Source of the DNA: Candidatus Latescibacterota bacterium
GTDB lineage: Bacteria; Latescibacterota; UBA2968; UBA8231
NCBI GenBank assembly: GCA_965200315.1
Contig: OZ241362.1
Location: 416,001 to 480,000 of the forward strand
Length of the DNA stretch: 64,000 bases
Reading direction: 5' to 3'
Below are positions 19,487 to 29,913 of the stretch, piece after piece. Made by a program: the position numbers and the translations under genes. The notes under the pieces were generated by a model. That model did not search any database. It saw only the letters and a list, made by a program, of their open reading frames with translations, and was not told the DNA's origin. Positions within the stretch are counted from its first letter, which is position 1, and the number at the start of each line of letters is the position of its first letter.

Positions 19487-20841
19487 TTTTCACGCCCTAT
19501 GTAGTAACCCAACTCGGTTAGCTGCCGTCCCTCTCCTTGTACTCTCACGCTCTGCTCAGTCCAAAGGCGCTCGAGTGATTCGACCAAGTCGTACCCCCCT
19601 ACCGCAAGGGGGACGCCAGTCTCTTCCGCCAGTTGCGGCACGGTCATGTCGTCCAGTGTCAAACCCTCACCATTGACGCAATTGGGCGGCAGCAAGACCA
19701 AATCCCGCTCGATTCCGTCGCGCACTCTCGCCGCCATATCGCGTCCGGTCAGCAGGCCCGACACCGTGATACCGCGGCCGAAAAAGTCGTTATCTACCGG
19801 CAGGAGATCGATCTGTACGTTCTCGATGGCATTCAGCCTAGCCACTAGCGGCACGAGGATTCGCTCGGCCAAGCGCCCAGTCAGCAGGCCAATCCGCATG
19901 GCCTCGGTCGTGCGCGTCGGCAACCGCTTGCTGGCCTCGTCCCAAGTGCCGAGGAAGGAACGAACCATGCCGATGCCGTTTTCTAGCTGGGGAAACGCAT
20001 CGTAATACGACGCCTCTGGCACGGGCCGACCCGTCAGCAGAAAGAGCTCGTCGGCCGCATAGACGAACCGCTCGCCAAAGCGCGCTTTGAATTGCGAGCC
20101 CCACGCTTCGGCGGCGGCCGCGTACTCAGCGGCCTTGGCCGGGGTCACTGGGTCGAGCTGGACGAGCTGGCGCCGATGATCGGTCAGCCCCACGGGCACT
20201 AGTGCCACCGAACGAACCGCGGGATAGTACGCAGACAAATCGTCCACTGTGCGCTCTAGATGCGGTCCATCATTCCATCTTGGGCACAGCACGACTTGGG
20301 TGTGCATTTCAATGCCGTTGGCGGCCAGTTTGCGCAAGCGCTCGTTGATATCGACGGTCGCTTTTGTGCGCCCGAGCATGATTTGCCTCAGTTCGGGGTC
20401 GGTCGCGTGGACGGAGATGTATTGCGGCGTTAGCCCCTGTTCAATGATGCGGTCGATATCGCTTTCGCGGACATTGGTCAGGGTCACGTACGAGCCATGG
20501 AGAAAGGAGAGCCGAAAATCGTCGTCTTCAAAATACAGGCTGCGCCGCATGCCCTTGGGCATTTGATGGATAAAGCAGAAGACGCATTGGTTGTTGCAAC
20601 TGCGCAAGCGCATATCCTCGAAGACCAGCCCTAAGGACTCGCCGCTCTGGCGCACAATTTCGGCCTCGTACCGTTCTTTGTCGCGCTCGATTTCTACGCA
20701 GATTACCTCTTCGGCGCTGTTGACCTGCACATCGATCAAATCGCGCACTTCTTCGCCATTAATGCGCAAAATGCGATCGCCGATGCAAAATCCCGCGCGC
20801 GCACCGAGGCTATCGGGTTCAATTTGTTTTATGACAACCAT
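19483..20841 (-). CDS. DUF512 PDZ/radical-SAM-like Fe-S protein
   Basis: N-terminal PDZ-like region, CNNQCVFC, DDDFRLSFLHGSYVTLTN, PQLENGIGM. Confidence 0.85.
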   Translation of the reverse strand: MVVIKQIEPDSLGARAGFCIGDRILRINGEEVRDLIDVQVNSAEEVICVEIERDKERYEAEIVRQSGESLGLVFEDMRLRSCNNQCVFCFIHQMPKGMRRSLYFEDDDFRLSFLHGSYVTLTNVRESDIDRIIEQGLTPQYISVHATDPELRQIMLGRTKATVDINERLRKLAANGIEMHTQVVLCPRWNDGPHLERTVDDLSAYYPAVRSVALVPVGLTDHRRQLVQLDPVTPAKAAEYAAAAEAWGSQFKARFGERFVYAADELFLLTGRPVPEASYYDAFPQLENGIGMVRSFLGTWDEASKRLPTRTTEAMRIGLLTGRLAERILVPLVARLNAIENVQIDLLPVDNDFFGRGITVSGLLTGRDMAARVRDGIERDLVLLPPNCVNGEGLTLDDMTVPQLAEETGVPLAVGGYDLVESLERLWTEQSVRVQGEGRQLTELGYYIGREK

Positions 20842-20935
20842 AGTGAATCAAGCAATTAATCTACGTATCGTAGTGTGGGGCAAGACGTTTTATCGGTAAA
20901 GTATATGGATATTGCGCCGACGGCAATACCTTAAA

Positions 20936-20970
20936 AATAAAAAATCCGCCCGACCCAGTGGGTTAGGCGG
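20936..20970 (-). terminator. Probable terminator after tRNA-Gly
   Basis: CCGCCT...GGGCGG stem followed by a T run on the minus strand. Confidence 0.55.
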
Positions 20971-20975
20971 ATAGA

Positions 20976-21050
20976 TGGAGCGGGAGACGGGAATCGAACC
21001 CGCGACATCAAGCTTGGGAAGCTTGCGTTCTACCCCTGAACTACTCCCGC
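20976..21050 (-). tRNA. tRNA-Gly (CCC)
   Basis: GCGGGAG acceptor stem, CAAGC-TTCCCAA-GCTTG anticodon arm, TTCGATT T-loop, encoded CCA. Confidence 0.95.
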
Positions 21051-21090
21051 TAATTTTTGTGCATAAGGTACGTCGAGGCCCCAACCGCTG

Positions 21091-22041
21091 TCAACTCGCC
21101 CCACTATCCCATCGATGCTCCCACTCGCCGACGATGCGCTCGACGACGCCCGCCTTTCCCCATACGTCGAGGTCCAACTCGCGCAGGCGGCGGTCGCGGC
21201 GGCACCACGTTGTTTGCCGTTTGGCCAAATGTCGGGTGCGCTGTTTGGTCTGTTCGATGGCTTCCTGCCAAGGGCAATGCCCGGCCAGTGCGCTGCACAT
21301 TTCGAGATAGCCCAAAGTCCCCAAGGCGCTGTCGCTTGGATCGTAGCCCATTTCGCACAAGGAGCGGACTTCCTCGACCCATCCCCGCTCGACCATCTGT
21401 TCGACTCGCTGGTCAATTCGCTCGTAGAGCCGGCTGCGCGCCATGGTCAGACTGATCATTTGCGGCTGACTCACAAGGGGCTGTCCCTTGCGCTCCCGCC
21501 AGAGCTTGCTGAGCGTGCCCTTTCCGGCCAGTCCCACCTCCAATGCCCGTAGGATTCGCTGCGCATCACTCGGCGGCAAACGCGCTTGCGCGACCGGATC
21601 GCGACGACCCAATTCCTCGTACAGGGATGCAAGCCCCTCGCCGTGCAGGCGATGTTGCAATTCGGCGCGGATTGGCGCGTATTCAGTTTCATCCTCAAAG
21701 CATCCGTCTAAAGCACTCTGCCAGTACAAACCCGTCCCTCCTACCAAGACGGGCAGGCACCCTCTGTTCCAGATCTGCTCAATGACGCGCCGCGCGGCTC
21801 GGGCATACGCTCCGGCGCTGTAGTTTTCCTCGGGACCAAGTACGTCAAGCAGGTGATGGGGACATTGGTTCTGCTGTTCAGCGGTTGGCTTGGCCGTGCC
21901 AATATCCATGTAGCGGTAGATTTGCCGCGAGTCGGCCGAGATGATTTCCACTTTGGGCAAGTGCCGGGCTACTTCGAGGGCTATTTCTGTTTTGCCGGTG
22001 GCGGTGGGTCCGGTGATTAGGAGGAGAGGTTTGGTTGACAT
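21091..22041 (-). CDS. miaA: tRNA dimethylallyltransferase
   Basis: GPTATGKT, DSRQIYRYMDIGTAKP, VGGTGLY, AKRQTTW. Confidence 0.95.
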   Translation of the reverse strand: MSTKPLLLITGPTATGKTEIALEVARHLPKVEIISADSRQIYRYMDIGTAKPTAEQQNQCPHHLLDVLGPEENYSAGAYARAARRVIEQIWNRGCLPVLVGGTGLYWQSALDGCFEDETEYAPIRAELQHRLHGEGLASLYEELGRRDPVAQARLPPSDAQRILRALEVGLAGKGTLSKLWRERKGQPLVSQPQMISLTMARSRLYERIDQRVEQMVERGWVEEVRSLCEMGYDPSDSALGTLGYLEMCSALAGHCPWQEAIEQTKQRTRHLAKRQTTWCRRDRRLRELDLDVWGKAGVVERIVGEWEHRWDSGAS

Positions 22042-22060
22042 ATTAAAAATTATAGGACTA
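22033..22060 (-). other. dif-like site 4 (degenerate) at the rqcH/miaA junction
   Basis: Minus strand reads TAGTCCTATAA-TTTTTA-ATATGTCAACC; contains the upstream TAG stop and the miaA ATG. Confidence 0.4.
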
Positions 22061-23755
22061 TTCAATCAATTCTTTCTTTAACAAGGCCGGCTCTACGATG
22101 ATTGTTTTCTCGCGGCGCAACAACGCCTGACCGGGCGCACCGCCACGCGGTTTGGTGACGTGTTTTACCAAGGTGTACGCCACGGAAACCTTTTTCGCCG
22201 TTTTGCCCTTGCTCCAATACGCAGCTACGGCCGCGGCCTCCGCAATAGTTTGCTTGTTGGGGGCTTCCTTGCGGCCCTCGCTCCGCAGGACGACGTGCGA
22301 GCCGGCGTACCCCCGGGCGTGAAACCACAGATCGTTCTGGGCGGCCATTTTGTGCGTTAGCACGTCGTTTTCTTTGTTGTTGCGCCCGGCCCACACCGAC
22401 CACCCCGTAGAGGTCCTATAGCGCCGAGGATGGGCCTGGGGCTTCTTTCTTGCGGCTTTATCAGCCCTTGTCACCTTGCTCTCCAACCAGTTTTGCAGCG
22501 CATCGTTGGCTTCCCAAGTACCGGCCTCTACCGCGCCAATCCAATGCTCGTATTGATCGCACTGACGCCTGAGCGCGGCCAAACGCTGCGGCAGGACTTG
22601 TTGGCGGCGCTCGTATTTTTGCGCGGCCTTTAGATAGGATGCGGCGTTTTCCGCCAAGCTGCGGTTTACATCCAAATCAATGCGCAGGGTCGAGCCCCCC
22701 TCGGAATCGAAGAGGTCGGCCAGTTCTACTTGCGCGGGCCGACCGGATAGCTGCCCGATGTTGGCCCATAGCGCGTGGCCCTTTCGCTTGTATTCTTCGG
22801 CGTGCGCGGCCTCGTCGAGTTCGGTTTGCATGGCAGCCAAGCGCCGCCGGGCATTTTTCAGGGTTTGGCTCAGCCGCCGGCGAATCTGTTGCTGCGCCTG
22901 CTGGGCCCGGCGCTGGGCCCGCTCCTTTTGGTACGCTGCCCATATCGCTGTGCTGACCGCGGCAAACTGCTCGTAGGCCCCTTGCAAACGGCGCGGCTCA
23001 AGGGAGGAAAAGTGAAATCGACCGGCCTCTTGCCACACGTAGCTATGCCCAGAAGCGGCGCTGGTATAAGCCTCCGTGGCCGTGGTCCACAAGACGGCGG
23101 CCGGCTCGCCTGTGTCAGCAATACTGTTGACAGGAAGCACCCCACCCTGCTGGCTGCGGAAGATCAACTCGCGCACCACCGCCGCGTCCGCTCCGGCCAA
23201 CCAGCGCCGCGCCGCCTTTTCCAAAGAAGCATCCGCCCTCGCCAGCCGATCGCGCCACCTGCTGGGCTCATCCGTGCCGGGCAGCAGGCGGCCCGCGGGC
23301 TCGGGCGGCTGATACGGTGCGCCCACGGACGACTTGTCCTTGGCTGGGCCCCAGTAGCCCAAAATCGAGCCATCGGTTTGACGATGGAGAACAAATCGCA
23401 CCTTGTTGGGAATGAGTTCGCACACCAAGACGCCAAAGCTCACACGGCCTTCGCGGTTCCGGCGCTCTAAACGCAAGCGCAAGATGCGCTCGCGGCACTC
23501 GGCCTCCACGGCCACAATCCGCGCTCGCACCAAGTACTTTTCTGGGCCATCGCTCGCTTGCCAAGTCCGGGGCCAAGCCTCGCTCCGCAGACAGACCAAT
23601 CCCTCCCGGCCACTCGCACCGTACAGCCACTCGCCCTCGGCAATCGCAAAGGCGAGTTCCGTAGGCTGGGCATAGGCCCGCTCGATGACCGTCCCTTGCA
23701 GGCGCACTCGCAGTTCCTCGGCGAGGGCCTGAATGGTGAAGTAATCAAATGCCAT
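22058..23755 (-). CDS. rqcH: NFACT/RqcH (FbpA-like) ribosome quality control protein
   Basis: NFACT-N (ERILRL), coiled coil, NFACT-R (GRNNKENDVLT, DLWFHARGYAGSHV, AAYWSK). Confidence 0.88.
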   Translation of the reverse strand: MAFDYFTIQALAEELRVRLQGTVIERAYAQPTELAFAIAEGEWLYGASGREGLVCLRSEAWPRTWQASDGPEKYLVRARIVAVEAECRERILRLRLERRNREGRVSFGVLVCELIPNKVRFVLHRQTDGSILGYWGPAKDKSSVGAPYQPPEPAGRLLPGTDEPSRWRDRLARADASLEKAARRWLAGADAAVVRELIFRSQQGGVLPVNSIADTGEPAAVLWTTATEAYTSAASGHSYVWQEAGRFHFSSLEPRRLQGAYEQFAAVSTAIWAAYQKERAQRRAQQAQQQIRRRLSQTLKNARRRLAAMQTELDEAAHAEEYKRKGHALWANIGQLSGRPAQVELADLFDSEGGSTLRIDLDVNRSLAENAASYLKAAQKYERRQQVLPQRLAALRRQCDQYEHWIGAVEAGTWEANDALQNWLESKVTRADKAARKKPQAHPRRYRTSTGWSVWAGRNNKENDVLTHKMAAQNDLWFHARGYAGSHVVLRSEGRKEAPNKQTIAEAAAVAAYWSKGKTAKKVSVAYTLVKHVTKPRGGAPGQALLRREKTIIVEPALLKKELIE

Positions 23756-26515
23756 CTAGGCTTCGACGAGCTTGAGGCTGGCGTTTAGCTTCTCCTGCAC
23801 AGCGCGATATTCGGCTTGGCGCTGGCGCTCCTGTGCGACGATTTCGGGCGGCGCTTGGGTGAGGAAGCGGTCATTGGCGAGTTTGGCGTCTAGGCCCTTG
23901 AGCAGGCGGTCCATCTTTTGAATTTCTCGTTGGAGCCGCTGCCGCTCTGCCGCCAGGTCGATCAATCCCTCTAAGGGCACGAAAATCTCGGCCGCGGCCG
24001 TCATCGCGCTGCCCGAAGCTGGCGGCCGGACGAGCCTTTGACCGACTTGCACGGATGCGGCCCGAGTCAACAGCTCGATGTAGGGAATGGCTTGGCGCAG
24101 AGTCTGTTCCACCTCGTCTGAGACAGCCGAGATCAAGACCTCGACTTGACGCCCCGGCGGGACATTCATCTCGCCGCGAATGATCCGCACCCCAGTTACT
24201 ACCTCTTGCAGACACTGCATTTGCGCTTCGGCCTCCGGGTCTATCAGCGCGTCATCGCATTCCGGCCAAGCCGCAACCATGATACTCTTAGCCGACGAGC
24301 CGTGAGGCAGGGCCTGCCACAAGGTCTCGGTGATAAAGGGCATAATGGGATGCAACAGCCGCAGGGCGGTTTCGAGCACGCCCACGAGATGCTCTTGGGC
24401 TGTGCGCCGTGCCTCGGGATCGCCGCCCTGCAAGCGTACCTTGGCCAATTCGAGGTACCAATCGCAATAGTCGCGCCAGACAAAGTCGTAGATCGCCCGC
24501 GTCAGGTCGCTGAAGCGATAGGATTGCATGGCCTCGGTCATCTCGCGCACAGCCACCTGCAACCGGCTCCAAATCCAGCGGTCGGCCAATGCGCTGCGCT
24601 CGCAGGGGCCCGGCTCGTATCCGTCGATGTTCAGCAGCACGAAGCGGGTCGCATTCCATAGCTTGTTGCCAAAGTTGCGGCCGGCCTCCGCGCTGGCCGA
24701 AGCCTGCACTTGGTTGTTGGCAACAGCCGCATCAAAGCGCACGTCTTGGACGGCTCCGGCCTGTGCCAACAGACAGTAGCGGGTCGCATCCGCGCCATAG
24801 CGCGCGACCAAGTCGAGCGGGTTGAGGCCCGTGCCCAAGCTCTTGCTCATGCGGCGGCCGTCTTGGGTCAGAATGGTCGGATGGACCAGCACCGTCTTAA
24901 AGGGAATTTGCTCTATGCACTCTAGAGAGGTCATGGCCATCCGCAAAACCCACAAATAGAGAATGTCGCGGGCCGTGATCATCAAATTCGTGGGATAAAA
25001 GTAATCCAGCGCGTCGCTGCGCTGCGGCCAGCCGAGGGTGGCAAAGGGCCACAGGGCAGAAGAAAACCACGTGTCGAGCACGTCTGGGTCTTGCGCCCAA
25101 TCTCGGCCGCCGCACTCGGCACAGGCGGACGGCTCAGCCGCGCTGACTACGGGCTTGGCTCCAGCCGCCACCGAGACCCTGAAGTTGCCCTCGCGCAGGG
25201 CCTGCTCCCGGTCCAAGACGCCCATGGGGACCAGCCCATCGGCACTGCAATGGGTGCAATACCAAGCGGGAATGCGATGCCCCCACCAGATCTGCCGCGA
25301 CAAGGCCCAATCGCGTATTTGGTCCAACCATTCGATGGCATAGTGGCGGAAGCGGTCGGGTGCGTATTGGATGTCCTCCTGCACGAGCACGGGCCGCACC
25401 TTGGCCGCCAGCTCCTTCATGTCCATAAACCACTGCTCCATCGGCAGGGGTTCGACGATGGTGCCGCACTTGTCGTGATGGGGTACGGCGTGTTGGTGGT
25501 CCTCTATTTTTTCTAGTAACCCCTCGGCTTCCAACGCGGCCACGACCTCCTTGCGGGCTGCGTAGCGCTCCAACCCGGCAAAGCGGCCGGCCGCCTCGGT
25601 CATAATCCCGTCAAAGCCGATGACTTGGATTTGCGCTAGATCGTGGCGCAAGCCTAGCTCGTAGTCATTAGGATCGTGGGCCGGCGTGACCTTGACCGCT
25701 CCGCTGCCCAGTTCGGGATCGGCGTACTCATCGGCGACGATGGGAATGACTCTATCTGTCAGCGGTAGCTCGACTTGCAGGCCAATGGCCTCGCGCCAGC
25801 GGTCGTCGTTGGGGTGAACGGCTACAGCCGTGTCTCCGAGCATGGTCTCCGGCCGCGTGGTGGCAACCACAACTTGCAGCGCACCCTCTTGAGCCGGGTA
25901 GCGAATGTGCCACAAGTGGCCAGCGACCTCGCGCTCTTCGGTCTCTAAGTCGGAAATGACGGTGTGGCAATGCGGACACCAGTTGATCATGCGGGTGCCG
26001 CGGTAAATCCATCCTTTTTCCGCGAAACGCTCGAAAGACTGCAATACGGCTTCGACGTACTCATCGTCGAGCGTGAACCGTGCCTTGCGCCAATCGTAGC
26101 TGGCCCCGAGCTGGCGCAATTGGTGATAGATAGCGTCCCCGTATTTTTCCTTCCACTGCCAAATTCGGTCGAGCATGGCGTCGCGCCCCAAGTCGTAGCG
26201 GCTCTTGCCCTCGACTTCTAAAAGCTCCTGCTCGACCTTCATCTGGGTGGCAATGCCCGCGTGATCGGTGCCCGGCAGACAGAGCGTCTCAAAGCCCTGC
26301 ATCCGCTTCCACCTCACCACTAGGTCGTGGATGGCGTGTTGAATCGCGTGGCCCATGTGCAGTTCGCCCGTCACGTTGGGCGGGGGAATTACTATACTGT
26401 AAGAGGGCTTGTCCGGGTTGATCTCCGCGTTAAAAAGGCCGTTTTCCTCCCAGAAATCGTACCACTTTTTTTCGATCGCCACCGGATCGTACGTCCTAGC
26501 CAATTCTTCTGTCAT
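23756..26515 (-). CDS. valS: Valine--tRNA ligase
   Basis: PPPNVTGELHMGHA, TTRPETMLGD, SRQIWWGHRIP, DVLDTWFSS, RMSKS, C-terminal coiled coil. Confidence 0.97.
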   Translation of the reverse strand: MTEELARTYDPVAIEKKWYDFWEENGLFNAEINPDKPSYSIVIPPPNVTGELHMGHAIQHAIHDLVVRWKRMQGFETLCLPGTDHAGIATQMKVEQELLEVEGKSRYDLGRDAMLDRIWQWKEKYGDAIYHQLRQLGASYDWRKARFTLDDEYVEAVLQSFERFAEKGWIYRGTRMINWCPHCHTVISDLETEEREVAGHLWHIRYPAQEGALQVVVATTRPETMLGDTAVAVHPNDDRWREAIGLQVELPLTDRVIPIVADEYADPELGSGAVKVTPAHDPNDYELGLRHDLAQIQVIGFDGIMTEAAGRFAGLERYAARKEVVAALEAEGLLEKIEDHQHAVPHHDKCGTIVEPLPMEQWFMDMKELAAKVRPVLVQEDIQYAPDRFRHYAIEWLDQIRDWALSRQIWWGHRIPAWYCTHCSADGLVPMGVLDREQALREGNFRVSVAAGAKPVVSAAEPSACAECGGRDWAQDPDVLDTWFSSALWPFATLGWPQRSDALDYFYPTNLMITARDILYLWVLRMAMTSLECIEQIPFKTVLVHPTILTQDGRRMSKSLGTGLNPLDLVARYGADATRYCLLAQAGAVQDVRFDAAVANNQVQASASAEAGRNFGNKLWNATRFVLLNIDGYEPGPCERSALADRWIWSRLQVAVREMTEAMQSYRFSDLTRAIYDFVWRDYCDWYLELAKVRLQGGDPEARRTAQEHLVGVLETALRLLHPIMPFITETLWQALPHGSSAKSIMVAAWPECDDALIDPEAEAQMQCLQEVVTGVRIIRGEMNVPPGRQVEVLISAVSDEVEQTLRQAIPYIELLTRAASVQVGQRLVRPPASGSAMTAAAEIFVPLEGLIDLAAERQRLQREIQKMDRLLKGLDAKLANDRFLTQAPPEIVAQERQRQAEYRAVQEKLNASLKLVEA

Positions 26516-26657
26516 GCCGCGTCCTTATCCTTGTGTTTAATATGCAGGTTAAAATCAAAATATAACCCTTTCCCAACCCTGACAATTTTGCTCGCCGCGC
26601 TCGGCTGTCTATTTTGTGTCCAGTTCATTTCACCTGTCCTGTGATAGGCTATTCAAT

Positions 26658-27584
26658 ATGGGCAACTGGTCCAAGCTGCAAACCGAACAGCGCAATCCAG
26701 GCACGGAGCAGATCGACGAGGTCTCGACGCTAGAGATGCTGGCGATTATCAATCGAGAAGACGCCCTCGTACCGGCCGCAGTCGCCACGCAATTGGCCCC
26801 CATCGCCGCGGCGGTTGACTTGGTGGCCGGCCAGCTTGGAAGCGGAGGCCGCCTGTTCTACCTCGGCGCGGGGACCAGCGGCCGGCTCGGCGTACTGGAT
26901 GCGGCCGAATGCCCTCCCACTTTTGGCGCAAGCCCCCAGTTGGTTCAGGGCCTAATCGCCGGCGGACCAGCAGCTCTGCGCCAAGCTGTAGAAGGTGCCG
27001 AGGACGACCGCGAGGCCGCATCCAGCGAATTGGCTCGACAGGGCTTGGGCCCGGCCGACGTGCTCATGGGCATTGCCGCCAGCGGCGTAACCCCTTTCGT
27101 TATCAGCGGCATGGAATACGCCGAGCAGCAAGGTTGTCCGGCGATCTTTTTTACGTGTAGCCCCACGGCCGCCGAATCCGTTGCAGCCGCAATCAAGATC
27201 GTCCCCGAGGTCGGGCCAGAAGTTATCACTGGCTCGACGCGGATGAAGGCCGGAACCGCAACCAAGCTAGTGCTCAATATGATCAGCACCGGCGCGATGG
27301 TGAAATTGGGCAAGACCTACGGCAACCTAATGGTCGATCTCCAACCCACCAATGCCAAGCTGCGCGACCGCGCCGAGCGCATCTTGGCGACGTTGACCGG
27401 CACCTCACCCCAAGTGGCCGCCGCCCGGCTGCAAGCGGCCGGCGGCGATTTGAAGCTGGCGCTGGTCATGGAACTGTGCCAGCTAGATCGCGGCCAAGCA
27501 GAGCTCCTTCTCGACACCTGCGGCGGAAGCGTCAAGGCCGCCACCCTCGCCACTGGAGCAACCCCTTGCAATACGCAAACCTAG
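26658..27584 (+). CDS. murQ: N-acetylmuramic acid 6-phosphate etherase
   Basis: TEQRNP, GAGTSGRLGVLDAAECPPTF, GPEVITGSTRMKAGTATK, GNLMVD. Confidence 0.95.
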   Translation: MGNWSKLQTEQRNPGTEQIDEVSTLEMLAIINREDALVPAAVATQLAPIAAAVDLVAGQLGSGGRLFYLGAGTSGRLGVLDAAECPPTFGASPQLVQGLIAGGPAALRQAVEGAEDDREAASSELARQGLGPADVLMGIAASGVTPFVISGMEYAEQQGCPAIFFTCSPTAAESVAAAIKIVPEVGPEVITGSTRMKAGTATKLVLNMISTGAMVKLGKTYGNLMVDLQPTNAKLRDRAERILATLTGTSPQVAAARLQAAGGDLKLALVMELCQLDRGQAELLLDTCGGSVKAATLATGATPCNTQT

Positions 27585-28510
27585 GTCGCACAAACTTGCG
27601 CCTGTCCGTCTTGGGCCTTGGCACGGTGCAATTGGGCATGGCGTATGGCTGGGACCAGCAACCGCCGCCGCCTGACGCCCGCGTGATTGGCCTAATCCGC
27701 CGCGCCTTGGAGTTGGGCATCAACTACATCGACACGGCCGCAGAGTACGGCCGCAGCGAAAGCCTCGTGGGCCGTGCGTGTGCTGGGCTGAGGTGTCGGC
27801 CCGTGATTGCCACCAAGCTCTCCATCCGCGACGCCGACAGTACGCGGCTGTTGACCGGGCAGGCACTGCGGCAGTCGGTCGAGCAGGCACTGAGCCAGAG
27901 CTTGCAGAGGCTCGGCGTCGATGTACTCGAACTTGTGCAGTTGCACAGCCTCGACACGCGCTTTGCAACCCCGGAACTGCTGGAATTGTTAGCTCAGTAC
28001 AGCCAACGCGGCTGGGTGCGCTATTGGGGCGTTACCACGTATGGCGAAGAGGCACCGCTCGACGCCTTAGATCATCCCGAGCTAATTTGCTCGATGCAGA
28101 TACCGTATAGTGCGCTCGACCGCCGGATGGAACGCAAGGTGATCCCCCGCGCCCAAGCACAGAGGACGGGCGTCATCCTGCGCTCGATCTTCCTTCAGGG
28201 CGTCCTGTCGCATCGGCTCGACTCGCTCCCAGCCGCCCTCAACGATCTGTCCCCTTTGGCCGCTCCCCTGCTGAGGCTAGCACAGGACGCAGGTATAGAG
28301 CTGGCCGCACTATCTTTGCGCTTTGCCGCCTTTGCTTCCGGTGCTCATTCAGCTATTTTCGGCACCACGAACGTCTCCGAACTCGAAGCCAATATCCGCG
28401 CAGTCGAGGCCGGCCCTCTACCGCCCGATCTAGTAGCAGCCGTGCGCGCAATCGAGGTCGCGGATTCAGCCCTGCTCAACCCTGGCAACTGGAGGTTATC
28501 TACGCTGTGA
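27566..28510 (+). CDS. Aldo/keto reductase
   Basis: LGRTNLRLSVLGLGT, GINYIDTAAEYG.SE, IATK, QSLQRLG. Confidence 0.88.
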   Translation: MQYANLGRTNLRLSVLGLGTVQLGMAYGWDQQPPPPDARVIGLIRRALELGINYIDTAAEYGRSESLVGRACAGLRCRPVIATKLSIRDADSTRLLTGQALRQSVEQALSQSLQRLGVDVLELVQLHSLDTRFATPELLELLAQYSQRGWVRYWGVTTYGEEAPLDALDHPELICSMQIPYSALDRRMERKVIPRAQAQRTGVILRSIFLQGVLSHRLDSLPAALNDLSPLAAPLLRLAQDAGIELAALSLRFAAFASGAHSAIFGTTNVSELEANIRAVEAGPLPPDLVAAVRAIEVADSALLNPGNWRLSTL

Positions 28511-29604
28511 ATGAACCTATGCCCGGCCAAGCTCTAGACGATTTAGAGACCCCGGTACTGCTGCTCGATCTCGACCGCTTTGAATCCAATGTGCAGCAGA
28601 TGGCTGCGTATTGCCGCGACAACGGCAAGGCATGGCGGCCCCACAGCAAGGCACACAAATCCCCGGCCATCGCCCACATTGAGCTGGCCAATGGGGCTTG
28701 TGGCATCACCTGCGCCAAACTGAGCGAAGCCGAGTGGATGGTCGCGCATGGCGTACCTTCCATCTTGCTGGCCAACCAGATCGTCAGCCCAGCAAAATTC
28801 GCCGCCTTAGCCCGCCTGCAACACCAAGCAGAAGTCATTGCCGCCGTAGATAATATCGCCGTCGTCGAACCTATGGCCGCCGCCGCCGCCGCCGAGGGCG
28901 TCCGCATCCCGGTGGTCGTGGAAATCGACATTGGCATGAAGCGGGTCGGCGTGGAGCCTGGCCCTCCTAGTCTCGCTTTGTCCAAGGCCATTAGCGACCA
29001 ACCTAAGCTGGCGTTCAGGGGTCTGATGGGCTACGAAGGCCATGTGCTCGACTGCTGGCCACTCCAAGCTAAGAAAAAGGCCTGTTACCAAGCACTGGAT
29101 ATATTAGGAGAATCTCGTAACTTACTGGAAAACAATGGACTACAGGTAGAGATCGTCAGCGCCGGTGGCACGGGCTCCTACGAGCTCAGTGCTCTCCACG
29201 ACGGGATCACCGAAATCCAAGCTGGCGGCGGCGTGTTTATGGACGTCATGTATCGCCGGAAATGTCACGTCGAAGCGCACACCCCCGCCCTAACGGTACT
29301 CACCTCGGTCACCAGCCGTGCGGCGGACCGCGTCGTCGTCGATGCTGGCTTTAAGACGCTGTCGTCGGGCCACCAGCCGCCGGAGGTGCTGGGCCGAGAC
29401 GATCTGCGCTTGCGCGGCCTGTCTGCTGAACACGGCGTCTTCAACATCGTAGAGGGTCAGGCTGGCCCGGCCTTGGGCGAGCGGATCGAATTGCTCGTCG
29501 GCTATTCCGATTCAACGACCTTTTTACACAATTACTTCATCGCCGTCCGCAAGGGACGTGTGGAGAAAATATGGGACATCTCAGCGCGGGGCCTCTTGCG
29601 CTGA
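28507..29604 (+). CDS. Fold-III PLP enzyme (DSD1/D-threonine aldolase family)
   Basis: WRPHSKAHK, RVGV, GLMGYEGH, SAGGTGS, DAGFK, SAEHG. Confidence 0.85.
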   Translation: MNEPMPGQALDDLETPVLLLDLDRFESNVQQMAAYCRDNGKAWRPHSKAHKSPAIAHIELANGACGITCAKLSEAEWMVAHGVPSILLANQIVSPAKFAALARLQHQAEVIAAVDNIAVVEPMAAAAAAEGVRIPVVVEIDIGMKRVGVEPGPPSLALSKAISDQPKLAFRGLMGYEGHVLDCWPLQAKKKACYQALDILGESRNLLENNGLQVEIVSAGGTGSYELSALHDGITEIQAGGGVFMDVMYRRKCHVEAHTPALTVLTSVTSRAADRVVVDAGFKTLSSGHQPPEVLGRDDLRLRGLSAEHGVFNIVEGQAGPALGERIELLVGYSDSTTFLHNYFIAVRKGRVEKIWDISARGLLR

Positions 29605-29632
29605 CGCCGAGCAATAGCAACGGAGACAACAG

Positions 29633-29911
29633 ATGACTAAAGCCGAAATCGCCCAGCAGCTAGCCCAGAGTACTGGATTCTCCCAAGTCGATACCGCAGC
29701 CGTTATCGAGGGGTTCATCGAAGCCGTAACCCAAGCATTGGAAAAGGGCGATCACGTCGAAATTCGCGGCTTTGGCACCTTCAAGGTCGTGGAGCGCGCA
29801 CCGCGCACCGGCCGCAACCCCAAAGCCGACGCGACCATCGCCATCCCCAAGCGCAAGACCCCGACCTTCAAACCCTCCAACGCCGTAAAGAGCAGAATCG
29901 TCCAGCGCTAA
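29633..29911 (+). CDS. HU/IHF family DNA-binding protein
   Basis: MTKAEI, VEIRGFGTF, RTGRNPK, PTFKPS. Confidence 0.93.
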   Translation: MTKAEIAQQLAQSTGFSQVDTAAVIEGFIEAVTQALEKGDHVEIRGFGTFKVVERAPRTGRNPKADATIAIPKRKTPTFKPSNAVKSRIVQR

Positions 29912-29913
29912 CT

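Noticed and set aside
20976-21050. tRNA-Gly as an island integration site
   Set aside because: Flanked by housekeeping genes; no adjacent integrase or duplicated 3' end seen
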